A stretch of DNA of 59,428 nucleotides, counting the filler. It is 5 parts of 5 records of this genome, joined end to end, with 100 filler letters (N's around TTAATTAATTAA, not from the genome) between each part and the next. Parts side by side here need not be neighbours in the genome. Positions count along the whole stretch, not along the records: positions 1 to 17,814 come from DRR723986_11713; 4 more parts are not named here. One strand, written 5' to 3'. The notes under the pieces are model-generated. The model ran no database searches. It saw nothing but the letters and a program-made list of their open reading frames with translations, and was not told the DNA's origin. How positions within the stretch are numbered: the first letter of the stretch is position 1; each line of letters starts with the position of its first letter. The translations under genes and the position numbers were made by a program. This document shows positions 9,830 to 17,914 of the stretch, piece after piece.

Positions 9830-10789
9830 TCATGCCTCCTGCCGGCTGAGCAGCTTGTCGATAAAGAGCGCGAGGACAAGCACGGCGCCCATCACCATCA
9901 GCTCGACATAATTCGGGGTATTGAGTAGGCGCAGCCCATTGCGCAGCACAGCCAGCGTCAGCACGCCGCCGATGGTCATCCACATGCTGCCGTAGCCGCC
10001 CTGCAACCGTGTGCCGCCAAGCACCACGGCGATGATCGTCCACAGCTCCCACACCTTGCCCGCATTTGGTTCCGCCGTGCCAAGACGCATGGACAGCAGG
10101 ATACCTGCAATGGCAGCAAGCGCGCCGCAGAGGGTGAAGTTGATGATCTTGTGGCGTTTGATGTTGATGCCTGCGTCATGGGCTGCATCGATATTGTCGC
10201 CGATGGCATAGGTCTCCCGCCCGTGGCGGGTGCTGGACAGGATCCACTGAAAGAACAGCGCCAGCCCGATGAAGATCATCGCGGTCAGGGAAACCGGGCC
10301 GAGATAGATTTCCGGGTAGTCCGTATAGCTGAAATCGCTGACCATAAGGGCGTCTTCATTGGTGTAGATGAAGACCAGCCCCCGGATGCCGATCAGCCCA
10401 CCAAGCGTGACGATGAAGGAGTGCATGCCCGAAAGCGCCACCAGCGTCCCGTTCAGAAAGCCGAGCGCGGCACCCGACAGGAAGCCCACGAAGACAGCGG
10501 GCCAGATGCCGATATGATCCTGCAACCCGATCGCCAGCGCCGAGGCCAGCGCAAGGATCGCGCCGACCGACAGGTCGATTTCCCCGTCGATCATCACCAT
10601 GGTCATACCGATGGCGAGGATGCCGATGAAGGCGGCCTGCGTCAGCACGTTGCCAAGGTTGTTGATGGTCAAGAAATACGGGCTGGAGGCGGAAAACACC
10701 ACGACGGTCAGCGCCAGGAACACCCAGATGTGGTTGCGCATGAGGATCCCCGCGATGGGGCTCCGGGGTCTGGTTGTTGCCACGCTCAT
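9830..10789 (-). CDS. Sugar ABC transporter permease
   Basis: GEIDLSVG, SFIVTLG, AVVLGGT; start 10789 overlaps the upstream stop (ATGA). Confidence 0.92.
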   Translation of the reverse strand: MSVATTRPRSPIAGILMRNHIWVFLALTVVVFSASSPYFLTINNLGNVLTQAAFIGILAIGMTMVMIDGEIDLSVGAILALASALAIGLQDHIGIWPAVFVGFLSGAALGFLNGTLVALSGMHSFIVTLGGLIGIRGLVFIYTNEDALMVSDFSYTDYPEIYLGPVSLTAMIFIGLALFFQWILSSTRHGRETYAIGDNIDAAHDAGINIKRHKIINFTLCGALAAIAGILLSMRLGTAEPNAGKVWELWTIIAVVLGGTRLQGGYGSMWMTIGGVLTLAVLRNGLRLLNTPNYVELMVMGAVLVLALFIDKLLSRQEA

Positions 10790-11739
10790 GCCAGGATCCT
10801 CCCGCGTTTGGCGCCCAGGTCGATCCAGACTGCCAGGATGATGACGGCCCAGGTAACGAGCCACTGCACGTAATAGGGAAAGCCGAGAAGCAGCAGTCCG
10901 TTCTGGATAAACCCGAGCATGGTGATGCCGAGGACCGTTCTCCAGATACTGCCCGACCCGCCGAGGAGTGACGTACCCCCAAGGATCACGCCCGCCAGAA
11001 CGGTCAGCTCATAGCCCTGCCCGATGGTGTTCTGTGCGCCCATTACCCGGCTACCCATGATGACCGCCGCAATGGCCGTGGTCAGGCCCGACAGAACATA
11101 GGCCCAGAAGACTGTCCACTTCGATGCGATCCCAGAAAAGCGGCTGGCGGTTTCGTTGCCGCCCACGGCAAAGACCTGGCGGCCGAAAATGGTGCGGTTC
11201 AAAACGAAGGCCGCAAGGGCTGCGGTCGCGAGGAAGATCAGCGCAGGCACAGGAATTCCGAACAGGTCATGCCGCCCGAACACCGCGAACCAAGTCGTCT
11301 GCGCATTCTGGACATTCACGTTCGACCCGCCCGAGTAGAACAGCACCAGACCTTGCAGGAACGACAGCATCGCCAGTGTCACGATCAGCGCGTTCAGCCC
11401 GACGAGCCCGACGAGAACCCCGTTGAACATGCCGATGCCGATCCCTGCCGCGAGCGTGATCAGAATGGCCACGGCGGGGCCGGACACGTTGTGCTGATCG
11501 ACGACGATCACCGTCAACAGGGTCAGGAGCGAGCCGACCGAGAGATCCAGCCGCCCGGTGATGACGACAAAGGTCACGCCCACGGCCATGACACCGGTGA
11601 TCGACACCTGCCTCAGCACGTCGAAAATATTGCCCGGCGTCAGGAAAGCATCGGCGCTGAGCGCCACGCCGAGCAGGAACAAGCCGAAACCCGCCAACAA
11701 TCCGTGCCGACGCAAGAACGCGCTCATCTCTGTCTGCAT
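10786..11739 (-). CDS. Sugar ABC transporter permease
   Basis: GRLDLSVG, FAVGGNETASRFSGI, GVILGGTSLLGG. Confidence 0.92.
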   Translation of the reverse strand: MQTEMSAFLRRHGLLAGFGLFLLGVALSADAFLTPGNIFDVLRQVSITGVMAVGVTFVVITGRLDLSVGSLLTLLTVIVVDQHNVSGPAVAILITLAAGIGIGMFNGVLVGLVGLNALIVTLAMLSFLQGLVLFYSGGSNVNVQNAQTTWFAVFGRHDLFGIPVPALIFLATAALAAFVLNRTIFGRQVFAVGGNETASRFSGIASKWTVFWAYVLSGLTTAIAAVIMGSRVMGAQNTIGQGYELTVLAGVILGGTSLLGGSGSIWRTVLGITMLGFIQNGLLLLGFPYYVQWLVTWAVIILAVWIDLGAKRGRILA

Positions 11740-11857
11740 TGTCTCGAATCCTCCCAGTTTCGGAGATTATGGGAAGGCTTCGACCGACAGACAGCGCCAA
11801 TAAATCCATTCTGGTTATTGCCGCGCAGGAATCGGCGCGCTGGCGGCGGATCAAGAA

Positions 11858-11909
11858 AATCAGATTTGGACATGTGGCGCGTTGAACGGCGGCGCGCTCC
11901 TCTCATGAT
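11858..11909 (+). promoter_or_regulatory. Operator AATCAG-ATT-TGGACA (11858-11872), 9 nt, then -35 TTGAAC / 16 nt / -10 CATGAT for SBP2
   Basis: Reverse complement TGTCCA-AAT-CTGATT matches the 14771 and 14820 sites. Confidence 0.6.
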
Positions 11910-11989
11910 CAGGGGTGTTGAAGGGGCGCAAGCCGCAGTGCCCCGTTGCCATCGGACAACCGTTGCGCGGCGCGAAAGGGAGGAAAGAC

Positions 11990-12982
11990 ATGACGAAGAA
12001 GATGATCAAGGGCCTTGGTCTTGCAGCAGTTGTTGCAATGACTGCCGGCATTGCCGTTGCGCAGGATGCGCCCGACTGGCTGGGCGGAGAGCTGCGTCAG
12101 CCACTGTCGGAAACACGGATCGGCATCACCGTGCTCTATCCTGGCTCCAACGCCTATCAGGCAATGTATGCGCAGGCAGCAGAGGAATATGCGGCCGAGC
12201 TTGGCATCCAGGCAACCGTGATGGACCCGCAGGGCGACCCGGCGGTGCAGTTCGACCAGATCCAGGACATGATTTCGCAGAACCCCGATGCGATCGTGGT
12301 CTGGCCGACCTCGCAAAACGCGCTGATCCCGGCGATTCGCCAGGCCGCACGCGCGGGTATCCCGGTGGTGACCTCGAATTCGCCCATCGGTGAAGCGGGC
12401 CGTCGCTACATCGTCGGCCACACCGGCCCGGATGACTGCCTTCAGGCCGAACAGTCCGCAGACATGCTGGCCGAGGCGCTTGGCGGCGAGGGCAACATCG
12501 TGATCGTCGAGGGCACGCCGGGCTACACCGTGTCGATCCTGCGCGGCAACTGCTTCCTCGACCGGATCGCAGATGAATACCCCGGAATCACCGTGCTCGA
12601 CAGCCAGACGGCGGAATGGAACCGCGAACGCGCCCAGACCGTGATGGAAACCTTCCTCACCCAGTATGGTGATCAGATCGACGGCGTTTATGCCTTCGAT
12701 GACGGCATGGGTCTTGGTGTGATCAGCGCACTGCAAGGCGCGGGCATGGAGCCCGGTCAGGTGGCGGTCGTGACCTGCAACCAGTTCGGCGAAGGCTGGG
12801 ATGCAATGCAGCAAGGCTGGCATCAGGGCTCGAACCAGCAATCGCCCATCGATGACGCGATCCTCGCCATCCAGACCGCGATTCGCGTTGCCAACGGCAT
12901 CGACGTGCCGGTCCTTCAGGGCATCGAAACCCCGATGGTGACGCCCGAGAACGTGACCGAGTTCGAACGCCCGACCTGGTGA
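11990..12982 (+). CDS. Sugar ABC transporter substrate-binding protein (RbsB-like)
   Basis: Signal peptide ending AVA-Q, GIPVV, W.RE.A, DD.MGLG, QSP motifs; start 11990 (RBS GGGAGG). Confidence 0.9.
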   Translation: MTKKMIKGLGLAAVVAMTAGIAVAQDAPDWLGGELRQPLSETRIGITVLYPGSNAYQAMYAQAAEEYAAELGIQATVMDPQGDPAVQFDQIQDMISQNPDAIVVWPTSQNALIPAIRQAARAGIPVVTSNSPIGEAGRRYIVGHTGPDDCLQAEQSADMLAEALGGEGNIVIVEGTPGYTVSILRGNCFLDRIADEYPGITVLDSQTAEWNRERAQTVMETFLTQYGDQIDGVYAFDDGMGLGVISALQGAGMEPGQVAVVTCNQFGEGWDAMQQGWHQGSNQQSPIDDAILAIQTAIRVANGIDVPVLQGIETPMVTPENVTEFERPTW

Positions 12983-13002
12983 TCAGGCATAGGAGAAGAG
13001 AG

Positions 13003-13030
13003 GGGCGCGCGGTGTCCAAACCGCGCGCCC
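13003..13030. terminator. Likely bidirectional intrinsic terminator between SBP2 and regulator 2
   Basis: GGGCGCGCGGT-N6-ACCGCGCGCCC perfect 11-bp stem between convergent genes. Confidence 0.7.
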
Positions 13031-13043
13031 GTTTCCTTTGGGG

Positions 13044-14747
13044 TCAGTAACGCCCGTTTTCACGCATGATCGCATCCACCCGTTTCTGTGCACGGGCGAG
13101 CGCGTCCTCGATACCGCAGTCACCGCACAGCATCCCGTAGATCTCTTCGCCCAGAACCGCGAGCATATCACTGAACTCCGGGATCGGCGGGCGCGGCCAT
13201 GTCTGCAGCACCCCCCGCCTTTCCATGGCGTCTACACGGCCTAGAAGGCTGCTCTTTGCCTGCACCTCTGGATCGGCGCTGGTAGAAAACCGCGGGCTGC
13301 TGAGGTTACCCGCCTGGACATACCACTTCAGAACCTCGGGGCGGGTCAGGTACTCCATGACACGCCAAGCAGCCCGTTCCCGCGCGGGAGAAAGCCCTTG
13401 CGGCAGTGCCAGCGAGAATCCCCCGATGGGCGACACCGTTCGCGCGCCCGGCCCGTGCGGATGGGGCGCGAAGGCTACGTTCTGATGTGCGGGCGATGTT
13501 TCGTTCAGTTCAAACGCGCGGGCGCGGACACTCCAGCCATAGCACATGGCTGCCTGCCCCTCTGTGAATAACCGAATCCGTCGGTCCCAGTCACACTTCA
13601 AACTGTCGGGATGTGCATAGCCCTGCAACTCCAGCAAGAATTCTGCCGTCGCGCGCGCAGTATCGCTGGTTAGCAGCGGGCGGTAATTCTCGCCCGAAAG
13701 CGTCGCGCAGTCGAATTCATCGCCCACACGAGGCAAGTCGATCACCGGCTGCCCGAAGCTGGCAAGCGTCTGGATGAAGGTATGCGCGACTGGCGTGCCA
13801 CGCTTGAAATTCATGACGATGCCGGACAGGTTCATTCGCGATCGATGCAGAAGCTTAGCAGCGAACAGCACGTCTTCGGTAGTTTCGGGAATGGACAAGC
13901 CAGCATCGGCAAAAAGGTCGGTCCTGCAGAACAGAAGCTCTGCTGTTGGCTGAATCGGCAGGGCATACTGCTTGCCCGCCCAGGCCGAGCCCTTGTAGGC
14001 GGCGGGATGAAAGTCGGACGGATTGAACCGGTTGCGGGCGATGATCTCATCCAATGGCTGAATCACGCCCTCTTCTGCCAGCTGTCCGATCCAGGGAAGG
14101 TCTACGGCGACCACGTCGTAGTGCGAACTCTCGCGCTGCGAATTGGACATGATTTCGGCATGCAGTTCGTCCAGCGAGAAGTTCACGACCTCCAGGTTCG
14201 TTCCCAGAAATCCGGCAAGTTCCTTAGAGCACTGGCGGATGGTCTCGAACGTGGGGTCAACGGGAAGCGCCAGCCGGATCGTGCGATCATAGCCAACCCC
14301 TTCGCGCATCGCGTTGGGATATGGCAGGATTCGCGAGGCCATGTAATAGCCACCGAAATAGAAATCCTCCATCGCGCCGTCGCCGTTGGCAAAGCCGAAC
14401 GTGTTGCCCACCATCGCCTTGAGTTGCATCGCGAAGCTCTCAACCTCTTCAATGAGCTTGCGGGTGGGGTGAAGCGAGAAAGACTTGCCGGTCTTTGACC
14501 GCGGCCGTTTGTGCAGAAACCCGGTTTCCACCAGTTCACTCACGCGGCGCATTGCGGTGCCATAGGGCACATCGGCGGCCATCGCGGCCGAGGTGATGGT
14601 CAGCGGTTTGCCCTCAAGGTGGCGCCGCATCGCAAAGGAGATGATGTTCCAGCGCGCATCCGTCACCGAAAGTTCGGTCCGCTTTTCCGCGATCATGCGG
14701 GTTTCGTCCATGAAGGACAGGATGCGCAGAAGTTCTTGCCGGGTCAT
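13044..14747 (-). CDS. Winged-helix DNA-binding domain fused to sugar solute-binding domain (putative one-component regulator 2)
   Basis: MTRQELLR start aligns with paralogue MSRHELDR; TITSAAMAADVPYGTAMRRVSELVETGFLHKRPRSKTGKSFSLHPT wHTH followed by SBP domain; shares RGTPV, GQPV..LP and LQTWPRP with regulator 1. Confidence 0.82.
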   Translation of the reverse strand: MTRQELLRILSFMDETRMIAEKRTELSVTDARWNIISFAMRRHLEGKPLTITSAAMAADVPYGTAMRRVSELVETGFLHKRPRSKTGKSFSLHPTRKLIEEVESFAMQLKAMVGNTFGFANGDGAMEDFYFGGYYMASRILPYPNAMREGVGYDRTIRLALPVDPTFETIRQCSKELAGFLGTNLEVVNFSLDELHAEIMSNSQRESSHYDVVAVDLPWIGQLAEEGVIQPLDEIIARNRFNPSDFHPAAYKGSAWAGKQYALPIQPTAELLFCRTDLFADAGLSIPETTEDVLFAAKLLHRSRMNLSGIVMNFKRGTPVAHTFIQTLASFGQPVIDLPRVGDEFDCATLSGENYRPLLTSDTARATAEFLLELQGYAHPDSLKCDWDRRIRLFTEGQAAMCYGWSVRARAFELNETSPAHQNVAFAPHPHGPGARTVSPIGGFSLALPQGLSPARERAAWRVMEYLTRPEVLKWYVQAGNLSSPRFSTSADPEVQAKSSLLGRVDAMERRGVLQTWPRPPIPEFSDMLAVLGEEIYGMLCGDCGIEDALARAQKRVDAIMRENGRY

Positions 14748-14770
14748 GTGGGCCCCATGCCTCTCGAAAA

Positions 14771-14873
14771 TATCCAATCCTGATAAATCACAGGCAGAGG
14801 CGGCGCAGCACAGCCATTTTGTCCAATCCTGACATTTGCGACGTTCCAGCCTGCCCATCCGCTGTGGAAGAGT
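14771..14873 (+). promoter_or_regulatory. Two operators, TATCCA-ATC-CTGATA (14771-14785) and TGTCCA-ATC-CTGACA (14820-14834); the second is followed 9 nt later by TTCCAG / 18 nt / AAGAGT
   Basis: 11-nt core TCCAATCCTGA directly repeated 49 nt apart in the divergent regulator 2 / GMC intergenic region. Confidence 0.6.
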
Positions 14874-14913
14874 TAGGCAAGGGGCCGCAGTCCGGGCGGT
14901 CGAGGAGGAACTG

Positions 14914-16515
14914 ATGACCGCTGAGACATATGATTTCATCGTGGTAGGGGCCGGATCGGCCGGCTGTGCCGTCGCCGGACGGCTTGCCGAGGCGGGGCAT
15001 TCCGTCCTGCTGCTGGAAGCAGGCGGGAAGGACCGTAATCCCTTCATCCATATCCCGCTCGGATATTCGCTGCTCTATGCCAATCCGGCCGTGAACTGGT
15101 GCTACACCAGCGCGCCAGAACCACACCTGAACGGGCGGCGCCTTTTCCAGCCTCGGGGTAAGGTTCTGGGCGGCACCGGGGCGATAAACGGCATGATTTA
15201 CATGCGCGGCCAACCGCAGGATTTCGATGGATGGGAGGCGGAGGGATGCACGGGCTGGGGCTGGAATGGGGTTCTACCCTATTTCAAGTCCTGCGAGGAT
15301 CAGGAACGCGGCGCGGACGCATTTCACGGAACCGGCGGTCCTGTTTCCGTTTCGGACATCCGAACCGAGCACACCCTCGGCGAAGCGTTTCATGCGGCGT
15401 CCGAAGCCTTGGGTGTTCCCCGAAACGACGATTTCAACGGCGCGGAGCAGGAGGGCACCGGCTACGTCCAGACCACGACGAAGAACGGCAAACGCTGGAG
15501 CACGGCAGCGGGCTATCTGCGCGGGCCCGCGAAACGGAACATCGACCTTCGCCTGCATGCGCTTGTGCAAAGCGTCAACCTTGACGGCAAGCGCGCCACG
15601 GGTGTGACATGGCGCGACAGAGCAGGCCAGCACATGGCGACAGCCCGGCGCGAAGTCATCCTGTCCGGCGGCACGTTCAATTCGCCCCAGCTTCTGCAAC
15701 TCTCCGGGATCGGGCCGGGTGCACTGCTGCAGGCGTACGGGATAGAGACACGGCACGCGCTGCCGGGAGTTGGCGAAAACCTGCAGGATCATTTCGGGAT
15801 CGGGGCGGAGTATCGATCGACTGTCCGCTCCACCGTCAATGATCTCTACAACAACAAGCTCAAGGGCGGGCTGCAGCTGCTGCGCTGGCTCTTATTCCGC
15901 ACCGGCCCTTTTGCCGATAACGGCAATTATTCCAACACCTTCATCCGATCCGGGCCGGATATCGACCGCCCCGACATGATGGTCACCTTCATGGCATGGT
16001 GCACCGATGAACAGCTCAAGCCGCACCCCTTCCCGGGCTTCACGATCCTTGCGGAGCACATGCGCCCTAGGTCACGCGGCCATGTGCGACTGACCGCGCG
16101 GGACCCGGGCACCGCGCCTGAAATCCAGTTCAATTTCTTCGCCGACGAGGAAGATCACCGCGCCGCACTGGCAGGGCTCAAGTTTGGCCGCAAGATCGCC
16201 CGGACCGCCCCGATGTCTGCCTGCGTGGACTACGAGCTTTCGCCTGGAAAGGACGTGCAGTCGGATGAGGACCTGCTGGCCTATTGCCGCCAGAGTGGCT
16301 TGTCCCTGTTGCATCCGGTCGGAACGTGCAAGATGGGCGTGGATGGAGCGGCAGTCGTTGATCCGCGCCTGAGAGTCCACGGCATCGACCGTCTTCGCGT
16401 GGCCGACGCCTCGATCATGCCGCGCATAGTGACGGGAAACACGAATGCAGCCTCGATCATGATCGGAGAAAAGGCGGCGGCGCTCATCCTGGAAGACCTG
16501 AAGGGAGCAGCATGA
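14914..16515 (+). CDS. GMC family FAD oxidoreductase (choline-dehydrogenase-like, substrate unknown)
   Basis: GAGSAG, RGKVLGG, VGENLQDH, HPVGTCKMG, GNTN; start 14914 (RBS GAGGAGG). Confidence 0.92.
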   Translation: MTAETYDFIVVGAGSAGCAVAGRLAEAGHSVLLLEAGGKDRNPFIHIPLGYSLLYANPAVNWCYTSAPEPHLNGRRLFQPRGKVLGGTGAINGMIYMRGQPQDFDGWEAEGCTGWGWNGVLPYFKSCEDQERGADAFHGTGGPVSVSDIRTEHTLGEAFHAASEALGVPRNDDFNGAEQEGTGYVQTTTKNGKRWSTAAGYLRGPAKRNIDLRLHALVQSVNLDGKRATGVTWRDRAGQHMATARREVILSGGTFNSPQLLQLSGIGPGALLQAYGIETRHALPGVGENLQDHFGIGAEYRSTVRSTVNDLYNNKLKGGLQLLRWLLFRTGPFADNGNYSNTFIRSGPDIDRPDMMVTFMAWCTDEQLKPHPFPGFTILAEHMRPRSRGHVRLTARDPGTAPEIQFNFFADEEDHRAALAGLKFGRKIARTAPMSACVDYELSPGKDVQSDEDLLAYCRQSGLSLLHPVGTCKMGVDGAAVVDPRLRVHGIDRLRVADASIMPRIVTGNTNAASIMIGEKAAALILEDLKGAA

Positions 16516-17522
16516 TGGACACGATCGGGATCGCGCTGATGGGCAGTGGCCGAATGGCGCATGTCTACGGGCCGAAGATCAATGCGCATCCCGGGCTGAG
16601 GCTTGAGGTCATGTTCAACCCGCGCCTGTCGTCCGCGGAAAAGGTTGCCGCGCAATATGGTGGGCGCCCGATGGACGACCTCGATGCCATGCTCGCCGAT
16701 CCCGGCGTGGACGCGGTAGTGATTGCGACACCTACGGACACACACGTGGAGTATATCGAGCGCGTCGCGGCAGCGGGAAAACCGATCTACTGTGAAAAAC
16801 CGCTCGATCAGTCGCTGGAGCGCGTGACGCGGGCCATGCAGGCACTTGAAGACCACCCGGTACCGTTCATGCTCGGCTTCAACCGCCGGTTCGATCCCGA
16901 TAACGCGATGCTACAAAGGGCGGTGAAATCGGGTGAGATCGGTCTGCTGAATATGCTGATGAGCTGGAGCCGGGAACCCGCCCCGCCGCCGATCGACTAT
17001 GTCCGCGCCTCGGGCGGATATTTCGTGGATGCCACGATCCACGACATCGATCTTCTGTGCTGGATTGCCGGGGAACGGCCCGTTCAGGTTTATGCTGAAG
17101 GCAGCTGCCGGTTCGATCCCCAGATCGGAGCGGAGGGCGATTTTGACCTCACGATGACGACGCTGAAGATGCCATCGGGCGCATTGGTGCACATCAACAA
17201 TTCGCGGGCCTGTGCCTATGGATTCGATCAGCGGCTGGAAGCTTTTGGCGAAAAAGGCATGGTGCAGACCCGCAACCATCGCGATGATACGCTTGTCCGG
17301 TGGGACGGAACGGCGACGGAGGCAAGAAAGCCGCTGAAGCACTTCTTTCTCGAGCGCTACGACCAGTCGTTCTACAATGCATTGGACGAATTTCATGCCG
17401 CGTTGACTGAGGGGCGAGCGCCGTCCAGCACAGCCGAGGACGGGTGCGCCGCCCTAGCCATCGCTCTGGCCTGCACTCAAGCCGCGACTGAAGGGCGAGC
17501 AATACAGCCCAGCTACTTGTAG
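16512..17522 (+). CDS. Second IolG/IdhA-type Gfo/Idh/MocA dehydrogenase
   Basis: GSGRMA, CEKP, GFNRRFDP, DATIHD, INNSRACAYGFDQR, FFLERY. Confidence 0.85.
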   Translation: MMDTIGIALMGSGRMAHVYGPKINAHPGLRLEVMFNPRLSSAEKVAAQYGGRPMDDLDAMLADPGVDAVVIATPTDTHVEYIERVAAAGKPIYCEKPLDQSLERVTRAMQALEDHPVPFMLGFNRRFDPDNAMLQRAVKSGEIGLLNMLMSWSREPAPPPIDYVRASGGYFVDATIHDIDLLCWIAGERPVQVYAEGSCRFDPQIGAEGDFDLTMTTLKMPSGALVHINNSRACAYGFDQRLEAFGEKGMVQTRNHRDDTLVRWDGTATEARKPLKHFFLERYDQSFYNALDEFHAALTEGRAPSSTAEDGCAALAIALACTQAATEGRAIQPSYL

Positions 17523-17814
17523 TGGGAGGTCTGATCAACGCCTTCGACAGCGCTGAGGTTCCGGCTTGACTGCCGTCTGTGGCAACCGAGGTACCGTTTC
17601 CAGCGATTTTCGTGCCATTTGGGCCGCCAGAGCGGCGGTTTAGTCGATTTTGGACGGACTACGCATCATACCGCGAGCCTCCTTCGCATCAGGAACAGGT
17701 TGCCGAGGGCAAACAGCATTATAAGAGGGACTAGCCTGCATTTCGCGCGCTGACGAGGTACCTGCTCGAAGAGGAGATCCACGTATGAGGATCCACAGAG
17801 ACCTGCCGGACCGA

Positions 17815-17914
17815 NNNNNNNNNNNNNNNNNNNNNNNNNNNNNNNNNNNNNNNNNNNNTTAATTAATTAANNNNNNNNNNNNNNNNNNNNNNNNNNNNNN
17901 NNNNNNNNNNNNNN
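17815..17914. other. Artificial contig spacer
   Basis: 44 N + TTAATTAATTAA (stops in all six frames) + 44 N. Confidence 0.99.

Noticed and set aside
13013-13019. TGTCCAA inside the terminator hairpin
   Set aside because: Half-site only, between convergent gene ends; probably chance
14748-15047. 100-aa N-terminal extension of regulator 2 in the ORF track (similar extensions at 9828-10052 and 47039-47158)
   Set aside because: Overlaps neighbouring genes and promoters; paralogue alignment and RBS positions support the downstream starts
17642-17656. AGTCGA-TTT-TGGACG, resembling the fusion-regulator operator
   Set aside because: Three mismatches to the palindrome and no identifiable downstream gene before the contig end
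17859-17870. TTAATTAATTAA repeated four times in the window
   Set aside because: Always centred in 44+44 N; an artificial six-frame-stop linker, not a biological repeat or CtrA site
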